This document shows, piece by piece, positions 8,270 to 18,217 of a DNA stretch of 64,000 nt. The DNA is from Collinsella aerofaciens (lineage in GTDB: Bacteria > Actinomycetota > Coriobacteriia > Coriobacteriales > Coriobacteriaceae), in assembly GCA_048246715.1 (NCBI GenBank), contig DBFBCB010000037.1:17703-81702 (forward strand). Direction: 5' to 3'. The notes below the pieces were generated by a model, which ran no database searches, was not told the origin of the DNA, and worked only from the letters and a program-made list of their open reading frames with translations. The translations under genes and the position numbers were made by a program. How positions within the stretch are numbered: the stretch's first letter is position 1; every line of letters begins with the position of its first letter.

Positions 8270-9397
8270 TTAGTAGCGCACGAAGATGTAGTTATTGTTC
8301 ATGCCGGCGGCAACGGAACTGATGATAACACCCGTGTTGTAGTCGGATGCATGAATCATCTGACCACCACCGATGTAAATGCCAGTGTGGTACGAGTTGA
8401 CCACAACGTCACCGGGCTGCGGATCGGACACACGCGTCCAGCCCATAAAGGTACCCGTGGTGCCCAGACGGCAATAGCGACCAGTGAGGCAATAGCTAAC
8501 AAAACCAGAGCAGTCGAAGCTGTTCGGGCCAATTCCGCCCCAGGAATAAGCGCAACCAAGCTTACTGTATGCACGAGAGACAACAGAACCGCCGTCGACG
8601 GACTGGCTCGGGGCAGAAGGCGTCGGAGCCGGAGCAGGTGCGGGGGGCTGCGGCGTCGGAGCAGGTGCCGGCGTAGGAGCCGGGGTGTTGCCGCCCTGGT
8701 TGTTGTTATTGCTGGTCTGGCCACCGTTGTTGGTGTTCTCGGTCGTACCAGCAGTCTCGTTGCTCACCGTGGCCTTCTCGGCGGTGCTGGCGTTGATGCC
8801 GGCCTGCAGCGCGGCGTTGGCCTCGGCCTCTGCGGCAAGCTCGGCTTGCAGCTGCGAATCCAGGGAGTTTACGACGTTCTGGGCTTCAGCCTGCTGGGCG
8901 TTAAGCTCGTCGACCTTCTTTTGCGTGGCGGCGACGTTCTTTTCCTGCTCGGCCTGCTTATCGGTGAGCTGCTGCTTAAGCTCCTTGACCTCTTGAATGG
9001 TCTGAGCTTGCTTATCGGAAACTTTGCCGTAGTAGAACAGACGGTTGAGCATATCGCTCAGGTCATCGACGCCCGTCAGAACCTGAAGCAGGCTCAGACC
9101 GCCGGTTTTGTACTCGCCGGCGACATAGGTCGAGAGCTTGGCCTGACCATCGGCGATCTCCTGCTGCTTTTGCGTGATCTCGCCGGCAGTCTGATCGAGC
9201 GCCTGCGTCTGCGTGGCGAGCTCATCGTAAATCTGCTGAGTTTGGGTACCGATCTGCTCGAGCTTCGTACGAGCAGCGGCAAGGTCGGATGCGGTATCGG
9301 CGTAGGCAGGAGCCGCGAGGCCCAAGCCCAAAACACAAGCGAGGGTTGCCGTAGCAGCGCAGCGTGCCATGTTTTTGTGCGTGTTTGCTGTGCGCAT
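8270..9397 (-). CDS. secreted NlpC/P60 (C40) peptidoglycan hydrolase with coiled-coil N-domain and Pro-rich linker
   Basis: Signal peptide, long coiled coil, PAPTPAPAPTPQPP linker, and a C-terminal CSGFVSYCL ... HTGIYIGGGQMIHA catalytic region. Confidence 0.87.
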   Translation of the reverse strand: MRTANTHKNMARCAATATLACVLGLGLAAPAYADTASDLAAARTKLEQIGTQTQQIYDELATQTQALDQTAGEITQKQQEIADGQAKLSTYVAGEYKTGGLSLLQVLTGVDDLSDMLNRLFYYGKVSDKQAQTIQEVKELKQQLTDKQAEQEKNVAATQKKVDELNAQQAEAQNVVNSLDSQLQAELAAEAEANAALQAGINASTAEKATVSNETAGTTENTNNGGQTSNNNNQGGNTPAPTPAPAPTPQPPAPAPAPTPSAPSQSVDGGSVVSRAYSKLGCAYSWGGIGPNSFDCSGFVSYCLTGRYCRLGTTGTFMGWTRVSDPQPGDVVVNSYHTGIYIGGGQMIHASDYNTGVIISSVAAGMNNNYIFVRY

Positions 9398-9429
9398 GTA
9401 GCTTCCTTTCCAGTAACTAAGGGTAACGG

Positions 9430-9960
9430 CTAGTCCACCGTCACCAGGCTAAAGAGCTCCACATCGTCATCAGACGGCGTGAGCTTCTCGCGCGGGTTGA
9501 GAAACGCAAGCTCAAGGATACAACCGTAACCGACAAGCTTTGCACCCATATCTCGCACCAGTTTACCTGTTGCCTCGACGGTTCCACCCGTCGCGACCAA
9601 GTCGTCCAGAATCAACACGGTATCTTTAGAGCTAATAGCGTCGGCATGGATCTCAATTGAATCGGTGCCGTACTCGAGCTCGTAGCTCTGGCTTACGGTC
9701 TCGCGCGGCAGCTTGCCCGGTTTACGTGCGGGAACAAAGCCGGCGCCAAGGGCTACGGCCACCGGTACGCCGACCATAAAGCCGCGAGCCTCGGGACCCA
9801 CAACCTTGGTGATTCCCATGCCGGCAAAGTGCTCGGCGAGGGCATCGGTCATGGCTTTGAGCGCCTCGGGATTGCCAAAGAGCGGCGTGATGTCTTTAAA
9901 GATGACTCCGGGCTCGGGATAGTCGGGGATGTCGACGATTTGAGATTCGAAGTCGTACAT
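9430..9960 (-). CDS. apt: adenine phosphoribosyltransferase
   Basis: DYPEPGVIFKDITPL and the VLILDDLVATGGT PRPP motif. Start at MYDF with RBS GAAAGG. Confidence 0.92.
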   Translation of the reverse strand: MYDFESQIVDIPDYPEPGVIFKDITPLFGNPEALKAMTDALAEHFAGMGITKVVGPEARGFMVGVPVAVALGAGFVPARKPGKLPRETVSQSYELEYGTDSIEIHADAISSKDTVLILDDLVATGGTVEATGKLVRDMGAKLVGYGCILELAFLNPREKLTPSDDDVELFSLVTVD

Positions 9961-10000
9961 TGCATGACCTTTCAATGGTTTGCCGAAATTTCAGCAGCTG

Positions 10001-10879
10001 TTATTTGCCCGCGGTGGCGGTGCCGGATTGCGAAGGGACGACGACCTTGAGCGGTTTTACGAGAGAATCCTCGTGCGAAGCCGGCGCGGCTGTCTCTTCG
10101 TTTTTGGCCTTGGTGGACTCGGAGCGAGTGATTTCCTCATCGAGTGCATCGATGTCGGCGTCCTCGACCACGGCGTTGAGCGACTCAAAAACGCGGTTCT
10201 TGAGCAGCGCGGTGTGCACACCTTCTGTCAGGTCGTGAAGCTTCTTAAACGCACGCTCGAGCTTGGCGTCGCGCTCGTCATCGGAGGTATCCATTCCGAG
10301 CATGCTCACGAGCACCTGCTCAAACATCGAGGACTCGCGGTTGGCGGAAGACACGTACTGACGCAGGTTGCGCGGCTCGATATGGAAGCGTGACAGCTCG
10401 GAGCAGTAGCGGATGATCGGGAAATCGCGACCATCGACGAGCTCTCGATTCTGCGGGCTCTTGATGATGCGAATGAGGTCGTTTTCGGCAAGGGAGCGGA
10501 TAAACGAAATCTCGACGCCCAGCATATCGGGAATGGTCTCGATGGGATGCAGCTTTTGCTTAGTCTCCTTGGGCTCCGTCTTGAGCGGAACATCGGACAG
10601 CAAGCCCACCTCGTAGGCGAGCGTTGATAGGTCCGTGGCGTTTTCCAAGCGCTGCTTAATCACGTTGAGCGGCATGTAGCGGGTCTTCTGCAAGTGCAGG
10701 ATGACCTCCAGGCGATCAACGTCCTCCTTCGAGTACTGACGGTATCCCTTAGGCGTACGATGAGGGGTAATGAGCCCCTCATCCTCTAGAAATCTAATTT
10801 TTGAGTTCGAAAGATCGGGGTATGCGCCTCGAAGTAGGTTGACGACTTGGCCGATACTCAGATAGTTGCGTTCGGCCAT
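10001..10879 (-). CDS. MerR-family transcriptional regulator (FtsR-like), long C-terminal extension
   Basis: LSIGQVVNLL...KIRFLEDEGLITPHRTPKGYRQYSKEDVDRL MerR HTH. Lies directly downstream of the FHA gene, as in the corynebacterial odhI-ftsR arrangement. Confidence 0.8.
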   Translation of the reverse strand: MAERNYLSIGQVVNLLRGAYPDLSNSKIRFLEDEGLITPHRTPKGYRQYSKEDVDRLEVILHLQKTRYMPLNVIKQRLENATDLSTLAYEVGLLSDVPLKTEPKETKQKLHPIETIPDMLGVEISFIRSLAENDLIRIIKSPQNRELVDGRDFPIIRYCSELSRFHIEPRNLRQYVSSANRESSMFEQVLVSMLGMDTSDDERDAKLERAFKKLHDLTEGVHTALLKNRVFESLNAVVEDADIDALDEEITRSESTKAKNEETAAPASHEDSLVKPLKVVVPSQSGTATAGK

Positions 10880-10882
10880 GCC

Positions 10883-11317
10883 CTACTCACCGGTTTCGAT
10901 GCGCTCCGGCGTGCTCTCGTGGTAGATGAGCGTAAACGTACCGATCTGGACGGAAGAACCGTCGTGCAGCGGGGCTGCGTTGACAATGGCGCCGTCGACC
11001 CAGGTGCCATTGAGCGAGCCCAGGTCCTCGATGCGAGCGCCGAGGCCCTCGCGAATAATGCGCGCATGGCTGCGCGAAACGGTCATGTCGTTGAGGAAGA
11101 TGCCGTTCGCAGGATCGCGGCCGATGGTGGTCACGTCGTCCTCGAGCTCAAAGGCGGCACCAGTCTGCGGACCCTTGACGATGGACAGAACGGGGGCGGT
11201 GATGCGCACGTTGGCCATGAGGTCGGGAACGGTGACGTCGCTTGAAGGCACGCGGAATACGCAGGTAGCGTCAGCAGTCTTATCATTCTGAGGCATATTG
11301 TTAACCATGTTGTCCAT
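10883..11317 (-). CDS. garA: FHA-domain protein, GarA/OdhI-like
   Basis: N-terminal TCVFRV phospho-acceptor-like motif and an FHA core (TTIGRDPANGIFLNDMTVSRSHARI ... GSLNGTWV). Confidence 0.78.
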   Translation of the reverse strand: MDNMVNNMPQNDKTADATCVFRVPSSDVTVPDLMANVRITAPVLSIVKGPQTGAAFELEDDVTTIGRDPANGIFLNDMTVSRSHARIIREGLGARIEDLGSLNGTWVDGAIVNAAPLHDGSSVQIGTFTLIYHESTPERIETGE

Positions 11318-11383
11318 GACAACCCCTAACTTGTCGCGGACGTGCCGCAAATAATGAACCGTACGTAATCATACCCCAACGAA

Positions 11384-12178
11384 TCAGTCTTCGATTTCAG
11401 GGTTCAGAAAGTCAATGTCCTCGTCCTCGGGATGCGCGAGAGCCTGTTTAATGGCCACTCCGCCCTTAATGGAGTAGATGACAGCCGTGAGCATGGAGAA
11501 GATCACGCCGCCGTACACAAAGAAGATGCCGAGGGGCACCGAGCTTCCGTTGAGGCCCGGGAAGGCCGTAAGGGATGAAGGTAGAAGATGCAGGCCGTCA
11601 ATAACGGGGAACCCGAGCAGCATGAGCGAGAAGCCGGTCATGAGCAGTGCAGTGGCAATCTTTCCGGGAAAGACGACATCGATGGGGCGACGGTGATAAT
11701 GACGAACGATAAGCGTGCCGATGCCCAGATAGATGTCGCGGCCAATAATGAGCACGCAGACCCAGATGGGCAGCTCTCCGCGGACCACCAGGCCAAGTAC
11801 GCCGGTGAACAGCAGCGCGCGGTCGCAAATGGGATCCATGACCTTGCCGAGCCACGAGACCGTCTTAGTCATACGGGCGATCTGACCGTCCATCCAGTCG
11901 GTGGAGGCGGCGACGGCGTAGATAACGATGGCGATGACGCGGTTGTTGTCCGTCACAAACAGGTACAGAAATACCAGGGTGAGGATCAGGCGCGTAAAGG
12001 TGATGAAATTGGAGATCGTAAAGATCTTATTCGACGGGTAATCGGAAGTGCCGATAAGCTCCTTTTTGATCTTCTTTTTGATGCCCACAGGACTCCCCCG
12101 CTGGTTAACGACAAAACTTTCGATACTATACCCGTTCCGGCGATGTCTATCCAGCGTAAGCATAGAGAGTCCAGACAT
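11384..12178 (-). CDS. pgsA: CDP-alcohol phosphatidyltransferase (PgsA-type)
   Basis: DWMDGQIARMTKTVSWLGKVMDPICDR matches D-G-x2-A-R-x8-G-x3-D-x3-D. Multiple TM segments. Confidence 0.85.
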   Translation of the reverse strand: MSGLSMLTLDRHRRNGYSIESFVVNQRGSPVGIKKKIKKELIGTSDYPSNKIFTISNFITFTRLILTLVFLYLFVTDNNRVIAIVIYAVAASTDWMDGQIARMTKTVSWLGKVMDPICDRALLFTGVLGLVVRGELPIWVCVLIIGRDIYLGIGTLIVRHYHRRPIDVVFPGKIATALLMTGFSLMLLGFPVIDGLHLLPSSLTAFPGLNGSSVPLGIFFVYGGVIFSMLTAVIYSIKGGVAIKQALAHPEDEDIDFLNPEIED

Positions 12179-12217
12179 GTGGAGGGCGCTGTCGCAACGT
12201 GAATGTGCCGTTTTTGT

Positions 12218-12270
12218 GTACGTCAGCCTCCAAACATGTCATAAATTGTCGTTTTTGGAGGATGACGTAC
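12218..12270. other. 17-bp-arm hairpin upstream of pgsA
   Basis: GTACGTCAGCCTCCAAA ... TTTGGAGGATGACGTAC with one mismatch, followed by AAGTTTTTG. Confidence 0.5.
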
Positions 12271-12340
12271 AAGTTTTTGTTAAGCGAAAGTATCGATTAA
12301 TAAAGCCGTTGATTCTTCGTTGCTTACTTTATTTATTCTT

Positions 12341-12427
12341 AACAAAAAAGGTCAGGCACTAGGTGCCTGACCTGTAAACTTCTGGGCAGGACGACTGGAT
12401 TCGAACCAGCGACCCCTTGACCCCCAG
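12341..12427 (-). repeat. direct repeat copy A: displaced 3' half of tRNA-Pro plus terminator hairpin (att-like)
   Basis: Near-identical to 25983-26068. Identity stops inside the anticodon loop. The acceptor end is mutated (CAGGACG versus CGGGACG). Confidence 0.85.
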
Positions 12428-12808
12428 CGAGGTCAGAATGACCCTGACCTGTGCTTAATTTGTTAAAACACGCGCAGATAGCGCAAGTAGCGCATTTCCG
12501 CATTTGCAAATTTTACCAGCTCAGCGCGGTCTGTCCAGATAGCATATTTTCGGCTTCGAGGAGCGCGGTGCAGCCAATGACTTAATCAACGGGGGTGGGA
12601 GCCCCGAATCGTCGTCTCTCTGGGTTCCCGCAGGTGGGCCCTTCTGTTTCTAATCAACTGCGGATTCAGGAGCTATGTGGTCAATATAATACCGTTGAAC
12701 CCGCATATCGATACCGCTCAGCCATTCGCCTCGCCCCCGTCGCACGTATCTTCATCCGGTCTGTTACTTTTAATCTAACAATTCTTTGAGGAACGTAGGT
12801 GCTTCTAA

Positions 12809-14622
12809 ATGTACTGTCGACTTCTTCTCAAGCTAATCCTAAGAGACAAGGCCGTATGGATCTCTACGCTCGTTCTTGCTGCAGCCTTTTCCGTCCCCAT
12901 TGCGTTCAATTCACCCATCTACGGCCCCTTCTTTATGAAGCAGGGCATGCAGGGCTTTGTCGACGCATTCAATACGCGCGCGCCCCAGGCCAGCGGCACA
13001 GACCTATCGCCAGAGCAGCAAGATGACGCTGAGCTTGCAAGATACGCGAACGCCGCCCTCGCCGCTCAAACCGACGCCGCCTTTCTCGACTCTGCCGAGA
13101 GCTACTACGCGCTCATGGGCGAGGGCTTCCAATCCGGGTCCATCGTGGGGGACCAGGAGACCAATGACGCAGAGCTCGCATATTGCCGCGCTCTGAGCAG
13201 CTCCGGCATCGCGGATATCCCGGCCTCCGCAAACGACCTGCCGTTCCTCTCCTTCCTGCCCTACGCCATTGCCCAGGCGCCGTCCTTCCTTCCCTTCATC
13301 CCCTTCCTTCTCTCGTCGATACTCGTGCTCGGCGCCACAAGGCCCGGGACCCTGGCGGCGAAGGCGCCCGTGCCCAAATTCCGGCGCCTTATCCAGATCG
13401 TGTTTTCGATAATCGCCGCGGGGACCGCGATGCTCCTCGCCGGCCTTGCGCCCGGGGGCATTTACGCCTTGGTCCTAAACGGCTTCGGGCAGATCGGGTA
13501 CCCGATCGCCTTCTTCCATGACGGCGCGCTTACCACCACGACTGCGGGAGACGTCTTCACGACCCTGCTTCTCGCGCTGCTCGCGGGTGGAACCTTGATA
13601 TCCGTTTGTTCCGTCGTCCTATCGACCGCAACGAGGCGCGTCCTCGCGGGCCCCCTTGCCTCCGCGCTGCTTGTCGCGGCCCCGGTATTCCCGTTACTGT
13701 CCGATTCGGCGCTGGAGCATAACGCCGCGCTCAATCTCCTGCCGCTGGCCGTGTTCTCGCCTATCGAGGCAACGGGTTACGTGGGATGCTTCCCGACAGA
13801 ATTCATTGGCTCCGGTTCGGGCGGCGCATCGATGCTTGCCGTGGCCCTGGCATACGTCGCGGTCCTTTTCGCGGTCGGCTCCGTTGCGGCACGTTCGCCC
13901 AAACAGCCTGGACCCGCGAAAAAGCACCATGGGCTCGAGCTTCTGGACGTGAGCGTGGGATACGGGAGCACGACGATACTTTCGATCGGGTCGCTTTTCC
14001 TGAGCCCGGGAACGGTGGCGGGCCTCGTTGCCCCCAACGGCTCGGGGAAAACCACCCTTCTTGAAGCGCTGTCGGGCCAATTTCCCACCCGCATCCGCTC
14101 GGGAAGCCTGTTGGCAGACGGAATCTACCAACGTCGATCAGCCGAATTTGCAGAACTCGTCTACCTGAGCTCTTCGGGCAGCGCGGATCTCTACCCCACG
14201 CTATCGGCCGCGAGCACCTCTCTTTCGTTAGGGAGGCGTGGAAATCGGCCGCCGACATCGACTCGCTCTGCAGCTCCCTCGGAATCTCCCCATATCTCGA
14301 CAAGCCGACCCGTAAACTCTCGACAGGAATGAAGCAGCAGGTAAAGCTTGCCATGGCGATATCGACCGGTTGCCCGTACCTTATCCTCGATGAACCGCTG
14401 AACGGCCTCGATCCGGGAAAACGGAAAACCTCCTGCGACGCGATGCGCAGCGAAGTGGCGCGGGGACGCAGCGTGCTCATTTCAAGCCATCTACTCGACG
14501 ACCTGGCAGACCTTACCAACTCGTTCTACTTCATCGAAGCCGGCACGCTCGTGGAAAAGATCAAGTCGTCCTCGCAGACGCTCAAGCAGGAATACCTCGA
14601 TACATACGAGGGAGGTGAATGA
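12809..14622 (+). pseudogene. ABC transporter, ABC-2-like permease fused to ATPase, frameshifted
   Basis: Permease region, then Walker A (APNGSGKTT). The frame breaks near 14207-14212 (LYPTLSA | REHLSFV continues in frame 1). The signature LSTGMKQQ and Walker B LILDEP follow in the 14329-14622 ORF. Confidence 0.75.
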
Positions 14623-14623
14623 C

Positions 14624-15052
14624 ATGATAGGCAAGAGCTATGCAAAGATAGCGATTGTTGGCTTTGTACTTTGTCTTGCAATGGTGCTATGTGCATCATT
14701 TGCGAGGTATAGGTCCGAGCAGTCGTTCATCGATGGCGCTGAAAATGGGTTTGGCATAGACGGGATGTATGTCAACGATGGCGCGACCAGGCCGTCTATG
14801 GCGATTCTTGCAGGCGAAGACATGGAATGGCAAATCTGTAATGACGATGGCTCTTGTCTGAGTGGTCGTTTGGCCGCAACGAGCGACCCGAATTCGTTCG
14901 ATCTTCTCGACAATGATGGATCGGATTGCGGTTCAGTTCACCTGTCGTATGCATCACGAGACGGGATGGACGGCATTCTCTACGTCTCCCACGAGACTGG
15001 CGATTTCAAGATGCGCAGGACTAACCGAGTGCCGGCTTTTATCGAGGAGTGA
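14624..15052 (+). CDS. hypothetical membrane-anchored protein
   Basis: RBS GAGGGAGGTG 6 nt before ATG 14624 and an N-terminal TM segment. No recognisable domain. Confidence 0.5.
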   Translation: MIGKSYAKIAIVGFVLCLAMVLCASFARYRSEQSFIDGAENGFGIDGMYVNDGATRPSMAILAGEDMEWQICNDDGSCLSGRLAATSDPNSFDLLDNDGSDCGSVHLSYASRDGMDGILYVSHETGDFKMRRTNRVPAFIEE

Positions 15053-15095
15053 GAACTCCCGGCGGTCTGCCGATCAGGCCGCCGGGGTATCGAAC

Positions 15096-15160
15096 CCCGC
15101 ATTCATCCGTACACACACGGATGAATGCGGGAAGTGTCCGGATGAAGTTGATAATCAAGG
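15096..15160. repeat. left 65-bp terminal inverted repeat (contains a 14-bp-arm palindrome at 15096-15131)
   Basis: Reverse complement of 17767-17832 with a few mismatches. Confidence 0.8.
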
Positions 15161-15181
15161 AAACAATGCCGTTCTGCCTGG

Positions 15182-15490
15182 GACGGCTTTGGCCTGGACT
15201 TTAACTACAACATCGCGATCGACACTTATCAGCTCGCGCGACGCGCATGGCCAGATCTCGGACGCTGGTGCATGGAGGACCTTCGAGATTTACTGTACAT
15301 CCAAAACGACGACGCACACCGCGTGCTCGCCGACTGCGAAGACGAGTTGGCTGTCTACAATGCGATCAGAAACGGCGTGAAGTCCGGAGAGCTTTCTGTC
15401 GAACCGCCGCGCCGTCGCGCGAGCCGACCGGGCAACCCGGGCAATCTGGTCCCGGCTCTCCCGGTCGTATTCCTACGATATCGCCCCTAG
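15182..15490 (+). pseudogene. C-terminal fragment of a DnaQ-like 3'-5' exonuclease
   Basis: No start codon. DTYQLARRAWPDL ... HRVLADCED resembles the Exo III motif (H-x-A-x2-D). Confidence 0.45.
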
Positions 15491-15502
15491 ATCACCAATG
15501 TG

Positions 15503-15742
15503 TCAGATAAAGAATGAGGCAATGGCTGTGATCACGCCTACGGCGGACGCAACGACTGCGCCTTTTTTCCTCTCCTTTAGTCCGACGAATAGGGTTGCCG
15601 TAAAGTAAAGGGCGGAAATGCAGTCTATGGCAAGCAAAACGAGTTCCTTGGGCGGTTTCAGCAAAAGGTCGCTAGCAAAGAGTAATGCAAGCAGGGCAAA
15701 GCCGATTGTGACCAAGTATCTCGATTGATTTTGCGACAGCAT
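15503..15742 (-). CDS. small two-TM membrane protein
   Basis: 79-aa hydrophobic ORF in an AT-richer segment. Confidence 0.4.
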   Translation of the reverse strand: MLSQNQSRYLVTIGFALLALLFASDLLLKPPKELVLLAIDCISALYFTATLFVGLKERKKGAVVASAVGVITAIASFFI

Positions 15743-16332
15743 GGCAACTGCCTTTCAGAACATGCAAGTGAAAAGTCGGTACGATGTCATTGCGGTTGCA
15801 AACAAGCCGCCGTCAGGACCGGTTGTCACGAGACCGGCGATAACGCATTTTCTCGGTTTCCAGCTCATGACAGACCCCTCTCTCATGGTGCAACGCATAC
15901 ATTATGAGATATGCACATTATCTCGCTAATCAATTTCAATATCCATCATCCAACTAAAGAATACTGACTCACTGGTTCAGCGACGATGCGTTTTTACCCT
16001 CGCGTTCCCACTCGCCGCGTTGGCGGTCGGAAGGGTCTCCGTCTCGCAATCAGCGACCTTGTAACCGTATCTGTCGAGCCAGGCGGCAAGCACGTCCCAA
16101 TCGACGCGCTTCCAGTCGCCGCCCGGCGCGTGCTGCATCACGAGGCCTCCGGCGACCATGAGCGCGTGGATATGCCCTCCTTGCAGGCCAGCGATGATCC
16201 CGCCGGTGCATACGATGCCAGGTCGCTGTGCCGGCATGGCGCAAACGTATTGGCCTTTGTGCCCCTTTTGGCAACTTTAGCATGGCTGTAGGTTAAACCA
16301 ACCCACAGCCATGAGCACGTTAACGTAGTATT

Positions 16333-16752
16333 ATGCTAATTACACGGATAAGGCAGGGGTATTTTTCTTTGGCGAATAAATTTGTATTTCATGGCAAGGG
16401 GAGTGGCGTTAAGGTTTTCATCGCTATATCAGTTGCCGTGTTCGCATTCTCTGCGCTATTTCTAAAAGTGGAGCGTTGCCAAAAAGATAGCGGAGGTGAC
16501 TATTCACATTTGTGGTTCGTGAGCGGATTGGTGTTGAACGTTGACAGCTCTGGCGATTTTACCATGTCGGTCGAAAGCGAAGATCCATATAACGACGGGT
16601 CTGATCGTCTGACCATTCTGGTTGATTCAGAACATACGCGCTATGTAAGCGATAGCCCCGTGAGCGTTGGGTCTAAAGTCAAGGTAGGCTATTTTCTCGA
16701 TTCCCGAAAGAAAAATACGATTCGCTGCTCTTCTGTGGATGTGTTGGAATAA
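16333..16752 (+). CDS. hypothetical protein with N-terminal TM anchor
   Basis: 139-aa ORF followed by a terminator. The start is uncertain. Confidence 0.45.
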   Translation: MLITRIRQGYFSLANKFVFHGKGSGVKVFIAISVAVFAFSALFLKVERCQKDSGGDYSHLWFVSGLVLNVDSSGDFTMSVESEDPYNDGSDRLTILVDSEHTRYVSDSPVSVGSKVKVGYFLDSRKKNTIRCSSVDVLE

Positions 16753-16785
16753 TTTTTGAGTAACTATCAGTAAAAAGCTGCGAGC

Positions 16786-16817
16786 AAAGGCCGCTCCACG
16801 TGGGGCGGCCTTTTTGG
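16786..16817 (+). terminator. rho-independent terminator
   Basis: AAAGGCCGCTCCACGTGGGGCGGCCTTTTT. Confidence 0.75.
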
Positions 16818-17232
16818 TGGATAGACGTTGCGGAGGATGATTGATTGACGTTTTTACTCCGCATGGAAATCGAGTGAGGATTCTGTTCCGCGAGGGGCGT
16901 GTTTTGAGGCTCTTGGCGGTACGTAATTCTCGTTCGGCGTCTTGACGGGACAAAACCCTCGGTTGACTTTTTGAAGCGTCCCTAGAATCAGCTGTTACGA
17001 TAAAAACGGGGGTAACTCCGCGGACACGGCCTAGCGCGCTGCCATCCAGTGCCGATTCTGCCATACTCGCAATTCGGCGAGGATGAGGTGTATGAATTGA
17101 TCGGGGCTTATAGGACAAAATGTGTGTCCTATAAGCCCCAAGGATGACGATTCCAATACGGATGACGACACCAAAACCGGCATCGACGGTTCCATGGACG
17201 ATTCGGATTCCAAATAGGCCCTGTTAGTTGAT

Positions 17233-17670
17233 CTACTTCTTTGCCGGTGTCGTATACGATACCGCTATACCCGCGGCAATTGCCATGAGACAGCTCGCGA
17301 TGAATCCGAACTCATACTTCAAAACGTTTGTTGCGGTCAGGGCGATAATCAACACGGTCGCAATTTGCAGAATTATCATTATTGCGAAGAGATTGATTCC
17401 TTGTTTGGCCGAAGTCGCTGAGTGAGTTTGGCTTTGTTGATTCAGGTTGTAGCTGACAACAAAAGCGACCAGTTCGCTTGATACGGGGCCGACTACATAG
17501 AAAAAGATTGCGTCAATGAAGCCTATAGTGTTGTAAGTTGTTTCGCCGGAAAAAACAGCGTATAAAGCATATCCAAATCTTGGCTGATTCATGTATGAGT
17601 ACGAAAAGACGAAGAGCGTCAATATTGCTAATACCAGAAGTGCATTCAGGACAAATCGTTTGCTTTTCAT
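17233..17670 (-). CDS. hypothetical polytopic membrane protein
   Basis: Start trimmed to MKSKRFVLN (RBS GGAAGGAG). Four to five hydrophobic segments. Confidence 0.55.
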   Translation of the reverse strand: MKSKRFVLNALLVLAILTLFVFSYSYMNQPRFGYALYAVFSGETTYNTIGFIDAIFFYVVGPVSSELVAFVVSYNLNQQSQTHSATSAKQGINLFAIMIILQIATVLIIALTATNVLKYEFGFIASCLMAIAAGIAVSYTTPAKK

Positions 17671-17766
17671 CGATCGCTCCTTCCGGGTGACTCTTATTTG
17701 TAATTCTACAGCATCCATTTGTTTTTCAAAGAATTTGACTGTCCTAAATAACATGCACTTTCGCTG

Positions 17767-17832
17767 CCTTGATTATCAACTTCATCCGAACACCTCCCAC
17801 ATTCATCCGCACATGTGCGGATGAATGTGGGA
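17767..17832. repeat. right 65-bp terminal inverted repeat (contains a 38-nt perfect palindrome at 17795-17832)
   Basis: TCCCACATTCATCCGCACA|TGTGCGGATGAATGTGGGA. The whole block is the reverse complement of 15096-15160 and runs straight into the IS30 transposase fragment. Confidence 0.8.
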
Positions 17833-18217
17833 ACCCGGTACCCTGAGGGCCGGACCGGCCGGCCCCGGGAGATCGGAGGACGGCCGGTCCGGAAAGAGGA
17901 AGAAGGGTTCCGCGGAGGCGGCCCCGAGGGCCTACGGCAGGCTCACCAGGCACGAGCGGGACACGGTCCAGAGGATGCTGGAGCGCAGGGCCTCGTGCAG
18001 GGAGATCGCCAGGGAGCTGGGCAGGTCGCCCTCGGCGGTGAGCGCCGAGGTGGCTTCGCACAGGTTCGTGACGGCGCCGAAGTCCAGGCGCGGCGAGCGC
18101 GTCGACGGCTCGGCCGACCTGTCGGCGGCCTGCCCGCGCCTGGCGGCGTGGCCGCGCTGCTGCAACGGGTGCGGCCGGTACCGTGCGATCGGCTGCAAGC
18201 GCCGCCCGCACGTATTC
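17833..18217 (+). pseudogene. IS30-family transposase, N-terminal fragment interrupted by an IS21 remnant
   Basis: HTH region LTRHERDTVQRMLERRASCREIARELGRSPSAVSAEV and a CPRL...CCNGCGRY...CKRRPHV cysteine motif. The reading frame resumes briefly after 19377. Confidence 0.7.

Noticed and set aside
15056-15131. tRNA-like piece: CGGGG-TTCGATA-CCCCG (minus strand) next to the 15096-15131 palindrome, which could be a tRNA fragment or att site.
   Set aside because: The putative anticodon stem is 14 bp with a 6- or 8-nt loop, there is no D-arm or proper acceptor pairing, and the palindrome is explained as part of the 65-bp inverted repeat.
17795-17832. A perfect 38-nt palindrome read as an abutted IS30 IRR-IRL (circle or dimer) junction.
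   Set aside because: The left repeat copy (15096-15131) carries an equivalent internal palindrome with a spacer, so the palindrome is an intrinsic feature of each 65-bp end and not a junction of two ends.
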